The notes under the pieces: model-generated
What the model saw: the letters and a program-made list of their open reading frames with translations, nothing else
Told to the model about the DNA's origin: nothing
Databases searched by the model: none
In this document: piece by piece, positions 19,513 to 30,696 of the stretch
Layout of the letters: every line of letters starts with the position of its first letter
Numbering within the stretch: position 1 is the stretch's first letter
NCBI GenBank assembly: GCA_963804995.1
Contig: CAWDSK010000005.1
Span: 800,001 to 864,000, forward strand
Direction: 5' to 3'
Length of the DNA: 64,000 bases
Source of the DNA: an uncultured Acidobacteriota bacterium
GTDB taxonomy: Bacteria > Acidobacteriota > Terriglobia > UBA7540
Position numbers and translations under genes: made by a program

Positions 19513-21960
19513 ATGCACGCCTTGCTTCAAGACGTTCGTTACGGCCTGCGCATGTTGGCCAAGAATCCCGGGTTCACAACGGTGGCCGTGCTGACCCTCG
19601 CGCTCGGCATCGGCGCGAACACTGCGCTCTTTTCCGTGGTGAACGGTGTGCTGCTTAATCCGCTCCGTTACGCGGAGCCGGACCAACTGGTGGCGCTCTA
19701 CTCGCGAACCCCCGAAATGTTGCGAAACTCTATTTCATATCCCAATTTCCTGGACTGGGTGCGCGACAACCGCTCGTTTTCCGCCTTGGCCGGTTTTCGG
19801 GGGGACGACTTCAACTTGACGGGGATGGGCGAGGCCGAACGCGTGCCGGCGGAGATGATCTCCGCCAACTTTTTCCCGTTGCTGGGCGTCAAGCCGGTCA
19901 TGGGCCGGGCGTTTCGTCCGGAAGAGGACCAGGTGGGCGCAGCGCCGGTAATTCTGATCAGCAGTGGCTTGTGGAAACGCAAGTTTGGTTCTTCGCCGGA
20001 CGTGCTGGGAAAGGCGCTCACGCTCAATGGTACGGTGTACACCATCGTCGGCGTGATTCCGGCTGACTTTCATTACCCCGGTAACAACTTCCATCCGAGC
20101 GATGTGTACGTTCCGATCGGCCAATGGAACGAACCCACCTTTCGCGACCGCAAAATCGGTATGGGCATGGACGCGGTCGGGAGGCTCAAGCCGGGCGTCA
20201 CGTTCGCGCAGGCCAATACCGACATGGAGGCGCTCAGCCGGCGGCTGGCTGAGGAGTATCCCGAGGCTGACAAAGGCACAGGCATTACGCTGGTTCGGCT
20301 CAAACAGGACCTAGTGGGCGACATCCAACCATTTCTGCTGATGCTGCTGGCGGCGGTGGGCTTTGTTCTGCTCATTGCGTGCGTCAACGTGGCGAATCTC
20401 CTGCTGGCGCGCTCAACAGCTCGCACCCAGGAGTTGGCCATCCGCTCCGCGCTGGGTGCGAGCCCCGGCCGCGTCATCCGGCAACTTCTGACTGAAAGCA
20501 TCCTCCTCGGGCTGGCGGGTGGCGGCTTGGGTTTGCTGCTGGCCTCGTGGGGCGTGCAAGCGGCGCTCAAGGTGCTGCCGGAGGCCTTGCCGCGCGCCGA
20601 GGAAGTTCATCTCGACGGGCGCGTTCTGTTGGTCATGCTGGCTGTATCGGTGCTGGCGGGTATTTTATTCGGCTTGGCGCCGGCGCTGAAGTATTCGCAA
20701 CGCGATCTTCACGAAACGCTCAAGGAAGGGGGGCGAGGGTTGAGTGGCGCCCGGCATCGCACCCAGAGAGTTTTCGTCGCCGTCGAAATGGCCCTCGCCG
20801 TCGTGCTGCTGGCCGGCGCCGGACTGATGATTCGCAGCCTCTCCAAACTCTGGAGCGTTGACCCCGGATTCGATCGCCACAACGTGCTGACCTTCTACTT
20901 ATCGTTTCCTTCCGCGATCGGCTCCCCCGAGGGTATTCGTGCCACGTGGCGCCAGATTCGCGACGGCCTCGACTCCGTGCCCGGCATCCAGGCTTCCTCC
21001 CTTACGGCTGGCGCTCTTCCCTTGGCGGGCGATTCCGAGCTCCCCTTCTGGCCGGAGGGCCAACCTAAGCCCTCCAGCCAAGCCGAGATGAAGATGGCGC
21101 TCTTTTACCTCATCCAGCCGGACTACTTGAAAGTCATGAGGATTCCGCTCCAGCGCGGCCGTTTTCTTACGCCGCAAGACAACGAGCATTCGCCATTGGT
21201 CATCGTCATTGACGAGCGCTTTGCGCGGACCTATTTCGACAACCAGAATCCTATCGGCAAGCGCGTCAACTTCAACGTCCTGAACACCACGGCGGAAATC
21301 GTTGGCGTGGTTGGGCATGTAAAACAGTGGGGACTCGAAAGCGATTCCAGGGCGTCCATCCAGGCGCAGTGCTACATGCAGCTCTCCCAGCTTCCGGACA
21401 AGTTCATGTCGATGGCGGCCACCGGCGTTGGGGTGGCGGTTCGGACAACATGGTCGCCACTGGCCCAGGTCAGCTCGATTCGGCGCGCCTTGGGCCAGAT
21501 CAATAGCCAGATGGTAATGTACGACACCGAGACTATGGACGGAATCATTTCCAGCTCGCTCGCCGACCGGCGGTTCTCCATGATCCTTCTGGGAATTTTC
21601 GCGGCCCTCGCCCTGGTTATGTCCTGTATCGGAATCTATGGCGTGATTTCCTATCTCGCCAGCCAGCGGACCCATGAGATTGGCATCCGCTTGGCGCTGG
21701 GCGCTGCGGAGCGGGATGTGCTGCGCATGGTTCTGGTGGAAGGCGCCAAGATGGCGCTCGTAGGCGTGGCCATCGGCCTGGTGGCCGCCTTCGGCCTAAC
21801 GTGCCTGATGACGAAAATGCTCTTCGGCGTCAGCGCCCATGACCCGCTCACCCTTGCCGGAGTTGCGGGCCTGTTGACGGTGGTCGCGCTGGCAGCCTGC
21901 TACATCCCCGCATGGCGGGCGACCAAAGTCGATCCCCTGGTGGCGCTGAGGTATGAGTGA
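19513..21960 (+). CDS. ADOP-type duplicated MacB/FtsX ABC permease 1
   Basis: [45 protein letters not shown]. Confidence 0.93.
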   Translation: MHALLQDVRYGLRMLAKNPGFTTVAVLTLALGIGANTALFSVVNGVLLNPLRYAEPDQLVALYSRTPEMLRNSISYPNFLDWVRDNRSFSALAGFRGDDFNLTGMGEAERVPAEMISANFFPLLGVKPVMGRAFRPEEDQVGAAPVILISSGLWKRKFGSSPDVLGKALTLNGTVYTIVGVIPADFHYPGNNFHPSDVYVPIGQWNEPTFRDRKIGMGMDAVGRLKPGVTFAQANTDMEALSRRLAEEYPEADKGTGITLVRLKQDLVGDIQPFLLMLLAAVGFVLLIACVNVANLLLARSTARTQELAIRSALGASPGRVIRQLLTESILLGLAGGGLGLLLASWGVQAALKVLPEALPRAEEVHLDGRVLLVMLAVSVLAGILFGLAPALKYSQRDLHETLKEGGRGLSGARHRTQRVFVAVEMALAVVLLAGAGLMIRSLSKLWSVDPGFDRHNVLTFYLSFPSAIGSPEGIRATWRQIRDGLDSVPGIQASSLTAGALPLAGDSELPFWPEGQPKPSSQAEMKMALFYLIQPDYLKVMRIPLQRGRFLTPQDNEHSPLVIVIDERFARTYFDNQNPIGKRVNFNVLNTTAEIVGVVGHVKQWGLESDSRASIQAQCYMQLSQLPDKFMSMAATGVGVAVRTTWSPLAQVSSIRRALGQINSQMVMYDTETMDGIISSSLADRRFSMILLGIFAALALVMSCIGIYGVISYLASQRTHEIGIRLALGAAERDVLRMVLVEGAKMALVGVAIGLVAAFGLTCLMTKMLFGVSAHDPLTLAGVAGLLTVVALAACYIPAWRATKVDPLVALRYE

Positions 21961-22130
21961 AACGATCAGGTGATCGGGCCATTGGTCCCTTGATCCATTG
22001 GGCGATCTGGTCATCGAGGGAATTTGTGATTTAGCGATCCCGTGATTCTGTGATTGAAAATTCTTGGCAATCACTAAATCGCTAAACCACTCGATCACCA
22101 AATGGCTCGATGACCCGATGTCCCGATTAG
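21961..22130. repeat. Inverted arrays of degenerate 8-mers
   Basis: yrATyGGG-like units on the left, CCCrATry-like units on the right; GTGATTTAGCGAT pairs with ATCACTAAATCGC using G-U. Confidence 0.7.
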
Positions 22131-22139
22131 AGGTTGACG

Positions 22140-24578
22140 ATGAGCACAGTGCTTCAAGATCTGCGTTTCGGCCTGCGTTTGCTTGTGAAGAACCCCGGCT
22201 TCACCGCCGTGGTGGTGCTGACGTTGGCGTTGGGAATAGGAGCTAACTCCACGGTCTTCAGCATCGTGGACCAGCTTTTCCTGCGGCCCTGGCCGGTGAA
22301 GGACCCGGGACGCCTGGGCGTCGTCCTCACGAACAGGCCTAAGGAGCCTGATGATCATCTCTCGTCGTATCCCGATTATCTGGACATCCGCAACGAAGTC
22401 AGCGCGTTCTCCGACGTCGTGGCCTATGGCTGGCGCGGGGGCAGCATAAGCGGCGAAGGCCGGGGCGAGTTTGTGGCCGTCCAGGTGGTATCGCAAAACT
22501 ACTTCGCCGCACTGGGCGTGAAGACTGCGGTGGGCCGGGCCTTTTCGCCGCAGCCGGATCAAGCTTCAGCCGAAGGCCACTCCGTGGTGGTGAGCTACGC
22601 TCTCTGGCAGCGCTATTTCGGCGGCGATCCCTCTCTGTCCGGGAAGACCACCCTGCTCGACGGAAAAGAATTCTCCGTGATTGGCGTCACTCCCCAGGAA
22701 TTTCATGGGCTAAGCCAAGGTTCGTTCTCGGGTATTTGGGTGACCACGGAGGGCTGGGACACCATGGTTCCCGGTGAAAAAGCATCCTATGCTGAGCGGG
22801 ACGACCGCTGGTTCGATTTGGCCGGCCGTCTTCGCCCCGGCGCCCAACTTCCTGAAGCCCGCGCGCAACTCCAGACGCTCGCGAAACGCCTTGCGCTCGC
22901 CTTTCCCGCCTCGAACAAGGACGTCAACTTTCCTGTTTACCCCCCTTCCAAAGTGCGTCATCAAGGTATCACCCTGGGATACTACCTGATGGGCATGGTG
23001 GGGCTGGTTCTCCTGATCTCCTGCGCCAATGTTGCCAATCTCCTGTTGGCGCAAACCGAAGGGAGGCAGCGAGAAATCGCCATGCGCCTGGCGTTGGGCG
23101 CCGGCCGGCGCCGGTTGTTCGGTCAGCTTCTCACCGAAGGACTTCTGCTTGCCTTAGCGGGAGGCGGCCTTGGGGTGTTGGTGGCGTCGTGGCTTATGAA
23201 GTTCGTGCCCACGATTGTTTCCCTCCCGTTCACCACCGACCTTACTCTCGATAGCCGGGTGCTTCTGTTTAGCGTGGCCGTCTCACTGCTGACCGCCGTT
23301 ATCTTTGGACTGGCCCCGGGGCTACGTGCTTCGAAGTGTGACCTGGTGCGAGTCCTTAAGGGTGATGATCCCCATTGGGGACGGGCCGCGGGCCGTCTTC
23401 CGCTGCGCAGCTTGCTGGTGTGCGGAGAAATCGGGCTCTGCGTCGTGTTGCTAGTGGGCTCGGGATTGTTACTCCGCAGCTTGCTATATAGTCAGCAGAT
23501 CAATCCCGGATTTGACCCGAAGAAAAATGTACTCATGCTCACGGTGGCGCCGCCCACACTTTACGGTTACAGCCAGAGCCAGGCGGCCGCGCTCTATCCT
23601 GCCTTGGCGGAGCACGTGGAATCCGTGCCGGGGGTGGTGCGCGCCAGCTATGCTCGGCGGCCTCCCCTTCCCCTGGGGGGTATGGAAGGCGGGGAAACCC
23701 ACGCGGTGATCATTCCCGGCGTCGAGCCGCCCCCGGGAACCGATTATTTCAAGATCCGCTACAACATTGTTGCGCCGAAGTTCTTCCAAACGATCGGCGC
23801 CCACATTATTAAAGGGCGGGAGTTCAACGCGCTCGATACCCCATCAAACGTGCCTGTCGTCATCGTCAATAGCGCCATGGCACGCAGATTTTGGCCGGGC
23901 CAGGACCCGGTAGGAAGATCCATCCAAATTGGAAAAAAGAATTATCAGATTGTGGGCATGGTGGAGGCGGGAAGGTACGTCAACCTTCATGAAACGGCCC
24001 AGCCCTACCTGTTCCTTCCTTTCACACAGAACTTTTCGTTCGAGTGCGTGCTTTTAGTGGAAACGGCCAGCGATCCTCGCGCCTTCATCCGCACTATTCT
24101 GAAAGAAACGGCGGCCGTAGACAAACACCTTCCCATTGTTAGTGCGGTGACCTTTAAGGACTATATGCGAAGCATTCTGGACGTGGAGCGTTCGATGGCG
24201 GCATTGCTCGCGAGCCTGAGCATCCTCGGAATGTTCCTGGCGGCGGTGGGCCTTTACGCGACGGTGGCTTACCTTGTTAATCGGCGTACGCATGAGATTG
24301 GGATACGTATGGCGCTGGGGGCACGCCGGGCCGAGGTTTTGAGGCTCGTCCTGGCCCAGGGAATGCGCTTGAGCGCCGCGGGTGCAGCCATCGGCGTGGT
24401 GGGCGCGTTTGCTGCCTCCCACCTCATGTCGAGTTTCCTTTTCGGTGTGAGGCTTACCGATCCGCTTTGCTACGTGCTGAGCATCCTCGTCGCTATCGGC
24501 GTGACGCTGCTGGCCTGCTACCTCCCCGCGCGCCGGGCGACCAAAGTCGATCCCATGGTGGCGCTGAGGTATGAGTAG
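22140..24578 (+). CDS. ADOP-type duplicated permease 2
   Basis: Same terminal and internal motifs ([28 protein letters not shown]). Confidence 0.93.
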   Translation: MSTVLQDLRFGLRLLVKNPGFTAVVVLTLALGIGANSTVFSIVDQLFLRPWPVKDPGRLGVVLTNRPKEPDDHLSSYPDYLDIRNEVSAFSDVVAYGWRGGSISGEGRGEFVAVQVVSQNYFAALGVKTAVGRAFSPQPDQASAEGHSVVVSYALWQRYFGGDPSLSGKTTLLDGKEFSVIGVTPQEFHGLSQGSFSGIWVTTEGWDTMVPGEKASYAERDDRWFDLAGRLRPGAQLPEARAQLQTLAKRLALAFPASNKDVNFPVYPPSKVRHQGITLGYYLMGMVGLVLLISCANVANLLLAQTEGRQREIAMRLALGAGRRRLFGQLLTEGLLLALAGGGLGVLVASWLMKFVPTIVSLPFTTDLTLDSRVLLFSVAVSLLTAVIFGLAPGLRASKCDLVRVLKGDDPHWGRAAGRLPLRSLLVCGEIGLCVVLLVGSGLLLRSLLYSQQINPGFDPKKNVLMLTVAPPTLYGYSQSQAAALYPALAEHVESVPGVVRASYARRPPLPLGGMEGGETHAVIIPGVEPPPGTDYFKIRYNIVAPKFFQTIGAHIIKGREFNALDTPSNVPVVIVNSAMARRFWPGQDPVGRSIQIGKKNYQIVGMVEAGRYVNLHETAQPYLFLPFTQNFSFECVLLVETASDPRAFIRTILKETAAVDKHLPIVSAVTFKDYMRSILDVERSMAALLASLSILGMFLAAVGLYATVAYLVNRRTHEIGIRMALGARRAEVLRLVLAQGMRLSAAGAAIGVVGAFAASHLMSSFLFGVRLTDPLCYVLSILVAIGVTLLACYLPARRATKVDPMVALRYE

Positions 24579-24581
24579 GGC

Positions 24582-24700
24582 AGTGGTTAGTGGCTAGTGG
24601 TTAGTGGCTTTCAGCTCTCAGCTTTCAGCTCTCAGCCAAAAGCCCGGTGGGCCAGGGGGCCGTAGCTGATAGCTGAGAGCTGAGAGCTGAAAGCTGAGAG
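24582..24700. repeat. Heptamer tandem repeats (AGTGGyT; yTCAGCT and its inverse AGCTGAr)
   Basis: Read directly; the two CAGCT arrays are inverted relative to each other. Confidence 0.85.
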
Positions 24701-24719
24701 TTCAAAGGTGAACACACAA

Positions 24720-27129
24720 ATGAGCACACTACTCCATGACTTGCGTTTCGGCCTGCGCATGCTGGCCAAGAATCCCGGGTTCACAGTGGTGGCGGTGCTG
24801 ACACTAGCCCTCGGCATTGGCGTCAATACTGCGGTTTTCAGTTTACTCCACGATACGATTCTCGCGCGTCTGCCCATTAGCCATCCCCAAGAGTTGGTGC
24901 AGTTAACGTGGCGGGACGGCACGCAGAGCGGGTCACGTTTCAACTGGCCGGAGTACGAACCACTGCTTGCACCGCAGCCGGCGCTGCCTGGTTTGTTCGC
25001 TTACCTCAGCCAAGAAATGAATCTCCGGTCCGGCAATGTCTCTGAGCGCGTGCGCGCGCATTTGGTCTCCGGTTCTTACTACTCAACCCTCGGGGTCAAG
25101 GCTATCCTCGGCCGTACCCTCGCTGCCGGGGATGACCGGCCGGCTGCCGCACCCGCAGCCGTCCTCAGCTATGCATATTGGGGGCGCCGCTTCGGATTTG
25201 ATCACGCGGTCATCGACCGGACGGTCTACCTTGACGGCACACCATTCAGCGTGGTGGGCGTAGCGCCGCCGGAGTTCTACGGTTTGAACAGAGTTGCACC
25301 GCCTGATATCACTTGCCCATTCCACGTTACTCCACGACCCGATGGAGAATCCTACTACGTGTCTTTCTTCGCCCGTCTCAAGCCCGGTGTATCGATTGAG
25401 CAGGCGCGGGCTCAGGTTGCGGTCCGTTTCCACGCACTCCTCGATGAGGAGCTGAAATCTGAGCGACGCTGGATGGGTAACGTGAAGTTAGACGTGCTAT
25501 CCGCCACGACTGGCGAGGAGAGCGTACGCGTGTTCCTGAGGGAGCCGTTGCGGGTGCTCAGCATCCTCGTGGGCGTCGTGTTGCTCATATGCTGCACCAA
25601 CTTGGCTACGTTGTTGCTAGGGCGCGAGGCTGCGCGTTCCCGCGAAATGGCTGTCCGGCTCTCACTCGGAGCGGGCCGCTGGCGCGTCGTTCGCCAGTTG
25701 CTTACTGAGAGCGTGTTACTGGGGTTTGCGGGCGGTGCTCTTGGCCTGTTCGTGGGCTACGGCGTCCACGCCCTGCTACGGACCCTGCTGGCCATCGAGC
25801 AATCCACGAGCCTGCAATTCCGCCTGCACTGGCCGCTGTTAGCTTTTACTGCCAGCGTATCACTCGTCACCGGAATAGCGTTCGGGCTCGTCCCGGCGCT
25901 GCGCGCCACCGGAGTGAACCTCGGCACGATCATGAAAGGCGACGCCCCCGGGCTTGGTCGCCTCTGGCTCGGCCCCACGCGCACGTTCCTCGTCGTGCAG
26001 GTTGCGGCCTCCGTGCTGGTGCTGGTGGGCGCGACGCTTTTCAATCGCACGTTACGCAACCTCGCGGCTGTCGATGTCGGTTTCAACCGTGACCACCTCC
26101 TGCTGATGACCATCGATGCGCGCGAGTCACGCTTTCAAGGCGATCAGATTACTGGCCTTTTGGACGAACTTACGGCGCGGATACGGACCGTACCAGGCGT
26201 GCGTTCAGCCGCTCTCGCGGAGTGGGTACTGTTTGGGGAAGGGGCGAAAACCATCTGGGTGCAGGGCTTCGCACAAACCAGAGACTCGGTATCCTTTAAT
26301 AATGTCGGTCCAGATTTCTTCGTCACTGCCGGCATTCCACTGCTCATCGGGCGAGAGTTTTCCCCGCGCGACCGCCCCGGGTCTCCCCTGGTGGCGATCA
26401 TCAACGAAGCCTTTGCCCAGAAATACTTTCCCGGCCAGAATCCGCTCGGCCGGCGCTTCGGTGACGAGGGACCAAACTCGGCCGGTAAGTTCGAGATCGT
26501 TGGCGTCGTGAAGGAAGGCAGGTCCCAAAGCTTGCGTCTGGCGCCGTACCCGGCGGTCTTCCAATCATTCTGGCAATCTACCCAGCACGCGCCGTTCGTG
26601 CTCCATGTGCGGATCATGGGTAACACGGGAGCGACCGCCGCCAGCCTCGACCAAGCGATTCGTGGAATCGACCCGGGCTTGGTGGTTTATGACGTTCCGG
26701 ACGATGACCGAACAAGTGAACGGGACGTTGCGCCTGGAACGCACCTTCGCGATGCTGTCACTGTTGTTCGGTGCGCTTGCTCTTACTTTGTGCTGTGTCG
26801 GCCTTTACGGTGTCGCCGCCTACTCTGTCACGCGGCGCACTAAGGAAATTGGTATCCGGGTGGCGCTCGGTGCGGGGCGGGTCCAGATCATTTGGCTCTT
26901 TCTCCAACAAACACTGGGGCTCGTTGTTATCGGCGTGGTGATAGGGACGCCCCTTGCATTGGCGTGCGCGAAATTCGTCAAGAGCCTGCTGTTCGGGCTG
27001 ACGCCCGCTGATCCGGCTTCGCTTGCGATCGCGCTGCTCATGCTGGCCGGTGTGGCAGCAGTCGCGTGTGTACTCCCCGCCCGCCGGGCGACGAAGGTCG
27101 ATCCCATGGTGGCGCTGAGGTATGAGTGA
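24720..27129 (+). CDS. ADOP-type duplicated permease 3, +1 frameshift near 26697
   Basis: ORFs 24708..26843 and 26605..27129 join at GACGTT(C)CGGACG; ends VDPMVALRYE. Confidence 0.9.
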
Positions 27130-27283
27130 AACGATCGGGAGATCGGGTGAACGCAAGGGAAACATGAGAAGGGAAACATGAGAATGGAAACTCGAACCTC
27201 GCAGGCGCGAAGGGTGGGGTGGCTTCCGAGTTTCGAATTTCGAGTTTCGATTTTCGGTTTTTGATGAGCCGATGACCCGATTA
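27130..27283. repeat. Mixed 8-mer and inverted 7-mer (GAAAC../TTTCGAr) repeats
   Basis: GAAACATGAGAA x2, GAAACTCGAACCTCG versus CGAGTTTCGAATTTCGAGTTTCG. Confidence 0.7.
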
Positions 27284-27293
27284 GAGGTTGACG

Positions 27294-29711
27294 ATGGGCA
27301 CACTACTCCAAGATCTGCGTTTCGGCCTGCGCCAGCTCAAGCACAATCCTGGCTTCACAGTCGTGGCGGTTCTAACTCTGGCCCTCGGTATCGGCGGGAA
27401 TGTGGCCGTGTTCAGCCTGCTTGACACGGTCTTGTTGCGTCCGCTTCCTTACTCACACCCTGAGCGCCTGTACATGTTTTTCCCATATGAGAAGAATCCC
27501 GAGAACGCCATGGTCGCGTTGTCGTACCCCAATTTCCAGGACTGGCATCAACAGAGCCACACCTTTGAGGCCATGGCCGGGTATCACGAAGAATCTTTCA
27601 ACCTGACCGGCACGACAGAACCCGAACGCTTGGATGGCCTATATAGCACGCCGGGGCTCTTTGCCCTGTTGGGAATTCCCCCGTTGTTGGGTCGTGAGTT
27701 TGGCCCCCATGACGACCCACACGTTGTCCTGGTGACCTACGAGTTGTGGCATCGGCGGTTCGGCGGCATTGCCGGGATTCTTGGCAAGACTATCCATTTG
27801 GAGGGAAGGGCGTACACGGTGCTGGGGGTCCTACCTCCGCATTTCAGTTTTCCACCGCAACGGTGGGGACGCGCGCCCGAGATTTTCGTGCCGGCCATTC
27901 CGAACCCCGACCGTGGCTGGCATTACTTGCGGGTGATCGGACGCCTTGCCCCCGGCGTCACCGAGCAGCAAGCCAGGGCGGAGATGAGCGGAATCTGCGC
28001 CCGACTTGCCCAAGCCTATCCCGATACCGACCGCGACCTGGGAGTTGTGGTTAATTCGCTTAACCAGGAGGTCGTTGGGGGTGTGCGCCAGACGGTGTGG
28101 TTGCTGCTCGGGGCCGTGGCTTTCGTGCTGCTCATCGCGTGCACCAACGTGGCCAACCTGTTGCTCTCTCAAGGTGCCACGCGGGAGCGCGAAATCGCCA
28201 TCCGAAGCGCGGTGGGAGCGACGCGCTTACGTATTGTCCGGCAGTTACTCACCGAAAGCCTGCTGCTGGCAGGCATAGGGGGCGCGCTGGGTGTCGGGCT
28301 GGCATATTGGGCATTACCCTTGCTGGCCTCGGCCATGCCCCAACACACCGGCCTTTTCACGCGGGTTCATGATGCCGGCATCGAACTCAACTCCAACGTA
28401 TTCATTTTCACGGCGCTTCTTTCCGTGCTGTCCTGCGCTCTATGTGGATTGTTGCCTGCTTGGAGAACCACCAAGCCCCTACGAAGCTCCTGGACGGGCG
28501 TTCGTACAGGCCGGATTCGCGGCGCACTGATCGGGCTGGAAGTGGCGTTGTCCTTCGTCTTGCTGGCAGGAGCCGGCTTGATGATGAAAAGCTTGGTCCG
28601 CTTGCTGGAAGTTGACGTCGGGTTCCGAACGGAACGGCTGTTGACCATGGACGTTAATCTGGCGGGTGATAAGTACGCTTCCCGGGAGAACCAGGCGGCC
28701 TTCTTTGGACAGGTGCTGAAACGGTTCGAATCTCTGCCGTCCGTGGCCTCGGTGGGCGCGATTGTGGATTTACCGATGACGCGGACGTGGAATCGGAGTG
28801 GCTTCGAGATTCCCGGGCCCCACCCGAGGCAAGGGGTGACAGTCTATCATGCCGTGAGCCCTAATTACTTCTATACCATGGGAATACCGCTGTTGAACGG
28901 GAGAGAGCTTCTCGCCACCGACTCCGCTCACTCGCCCCTGGTCGGTTTGATCAACCGCAGCATGGCTCAGAAGTACTGGCCGAATGAAAATCCGATTGGT
29001 AGAACCATCGTAGCCTCCCACGCCGTTGTGGTTTCGACTGCGAAAGGGTCCAACGTCGAGTTCAAACCCCAGGAGCTGGAGATCGTTGGAATCGTGGGTG
29101 ACGTTCGGCAGCTCGCCCTGGAAGCGCCGCCTGTCCCTGAACTGTTCATACCGTATACGCAGTGGCCCTCGAATGAGATGTCCCTGGTGCTGCGGACTGG
29201 CTCCGAAACCTCCTCTCTGATCCCTGCGGTCAAGAAAGAGATTTGGCGAGTGGACCCCGACCAGCCAGTCACCGATATTAGGACCATGGATGAACTGGTT
29301 TCGACCGAAGCGGCCGGGAGACGGTTTGTGCTGGAATTGATTGGAGTGTTTGCAGCAATCGCCCTGGTGCTGGCGGCAGTAGGGATCTACGGCGTGGTTT
29401 CCTACGGCACGCGGCAGCGCACGCATGAAATCGGCATCCGCATGGCCCTTGGCGCTAGAGCACAACAGATTTTATGGCTGGTCGCCGGCCAAAACGCCAA
29501 GTGGATACTAATTGGGATCACCACCGGTGTTGCCAGTGCTTTCGCCTTAACACGACTCCTGGCGGCATACCTCTATGCGGTTCGACCCACCGACCCGCTG
29601 ACGTTTGTGGCTGTCGCGTTGCTACTGCTCGCCGTGGCGTTACTGGCCGTCTATCTTCCCGCCCGCCGGGCGACGAAAGTCGATCCCATCGTGGCGCTGA
29701 GGTATGAATAG
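27294..29711 (+). CDS. ADOP-type duplicated permease 4
   Basis: [37 protein letters not shown]. Confidence 0.93.
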   Translation: MGTLLQDLRFGLRQLKHNPGFTVVAVLTLALGIGGNVAVFSLLDTVLLRPLPYSHPERLYMFFPYEKNPENAMVALSYPNFQDWHQQSHTFEAMAGYHEESFNLTGTTEPERLDGLYSTPGLFALLGIPPLLGREFGPHDDPHVVLVTYELWHRRFGGIAGILGKTIHLEGRAYTVLGVLPPHFSFPPQRWGRAPEIFVPAIPNPDRGWHYLRVIGRLAPGVTEQQARAEMSGICARLAQAYPDTDRDLGVVVNSLNQEVVGGVRQTVWLLLGAVAFVLLIACTNVANLLLSQGATREREIAIRSAVGATRLRIVRQLLTESLLLAGIGGALGVGLAYWALPLLASAMPQHTGLFTRVHDAGIELNSNVFIFTALLSVLSCALCGLLPAWRTTKPLRSSWTGVRTGRIRGALIGLEVALSFVLLAGAGLMMKSLVRLLEVDVGFRTERLLTMDVNLAGDKYASRENQAAFFGQVLKRFESLPSVASVGAIVDLPMTRTWNRSGFEIPGPHPRQGVTVYHAVSPNYFYTMGIPLLNGRELLATDSAHSPLVGLINRSMAQKYWPNENPIGRTIVASHAVVVSTAKGSNVEFKPQELEIVGIVGDVRQLALEAPPVPELFIPYTQWPSNEMSLVLRTGSETSSLIPAVKKEIWRVDPDQPVTDIRTMDELVSTEAAGRRFVLELIGVFAAIALVLAAVGIYGVVSYGTRQRTHEIGIRMALGARAQQILWLVAGQNAKWILIGITTGVASAFALTRLLAAYLYAVRPTDPLTFVAVALLLLAVALLAVYLPARRATKVDPIVALRYE

Positions 29712-29955
29712 AGCTGTCAGCTCTCAGCTATCAGCGGTCAGCCAAAGTAACGCAGCGCCCCGATGCATCGGGGCGGTTCTTCCTGTGTCATGTGAGCGAA
29801 CATATCGTGGCGTGGCACAGCGGCCCGGGTTGGAGATTTGCGGGTTGTGCCGAGGAAGGATCGCGGACCCCAAAGGCGGGGGACCGCGCTACGAAACCCA
29901 CCGCCTCACCCCCGGTCCGTCTCCCCTAATGCGGCGAGGAGAAAAGTCGGATACC

Positions 29956-30028
29956 TAGCCCTCTCCCGTGGGGAGAGGGTGGACCGCTGCCGGCGTTTTC
30001 ACCAGCCGGAGCGGGACGGGTGAGGGGT
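29956..30028 (+). repeat. GCCCTCTCC..GGAGAGGG...GGGTGAGGGG palindromic repeat
   Basis: Matches the copies at 1521, 43574 and 62019. Confidence 0.85.
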
Positions 30029-30063
30029 CTTTCCAGCGGTTCGTCCGTGAATGACAAAAAAAT

Positions 30064-30093
30064 CCGCGGGCCTCAACCACCGGTCCGCGCTAC
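30064..30093 (-). repeat. GTAG-type REP palindrome (GTAGCGCGGACC...GGyCCGCGG)
   Basis: Further copies near 29862-29891, 30587-30615 and 44740-44769. Confidence 0.75.
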
Positions 30094-30096
30094 ACT

Positions 30097-30198
30097 CTCT
30101 TGGTAACGTTTAACGGGCGGGATTTCGGAACGGCGCCATCGCAGTTTGGAGTGGAAGTCCTGCTCCCGCGCGAAGCGATTGGGAGGATCAAGCCATGA
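30097..30198 (+). pseudogene. 3' remnant of a PIN-domain toxin gene
   Basis: Translates LLVTFNGRDFGTAPSQFGVEVLLPREAIGRIKP*; its TGA overlaps the antitoxin ATG (ATGA); the 5' part is replaced by a REP. Confidence 0.7.
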
Positions 30199-30476
30199 GG
30201 GCAACCAAAACTTATCCGCTGCGACTCCCCCAGTCGCTCAAGGACACGGTTGAGAGGCTGAGCCGCGAGGATGGAACCAGCATCAATCAGTTCGTGGCCA
30301 CGGCGGTGGCGGAAAAGGTCTCAGCCCTGCGCACTGCCCGGTATTTCGAGGATCGGAAAGCCCGGGCCGATTTCCAAGCCTTCGACAAGATTATGCGGCG
30401 CCGGCGCGGAAAACCTCCTCGCGAAGGGGATGAAATGCCGGGGCGCAAAATGGGGCCGGCACGACGCGGAAAGTAA
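30195..30476 (+). CDS. Ribbon-helix-helix antitoxin (HicB-like TA antitoxin)
   Basis: YPLRLPQSL...DGTSINQFVATAVAEK; GGAGG RBS. Confidence 0.8.
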   Translation: MRATKTYPLRLPQSLKDTVERLSREDGTSINQFVATAVAEKVSALRTARYFEDRKARADFQAFDKIMRRRRGKPPREGDEMPGRKMGPARRGK

Positions 30477-30629
30477 CGCGGCACAGCAGAGCCGGAACCA
30501 AACGAAAGCTGGTGTCGTAGTTGGGGGCGAGTCCGCTCGTCGCATGGGGTCTTTCCCGCTGTTCTTCCGCAATTGAAAATGAAAAGCCGCGGACCTCAAC
30601 AACCGGTCCGCGCTAGCATACTTGTCAAC

Positions 30630-30677
30630 ACCACCCCGGCGCTCAGCGCGCCACCCCTCCTCATCTGAGGCGGGGAG
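30630..30677 (+). repeat. ACCACCCC...CCACCCCTCCT..AGGnGGGGAG repeat (half copy)
   Basis: Full inverted pair at 60267..60377. Confidence 0.8.
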
Positions 30678-30696
30678 TCGTACGGGCACGGCATCC

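Noticed and set aside
19513..29711. Integron cassette array or diversity-generating retroelement
   Set aside because: No attC-like GTTRRRY/RYYYAAC structure noticed, and no integrase, reverse transcriptase or adenine-specific TR/VR pair
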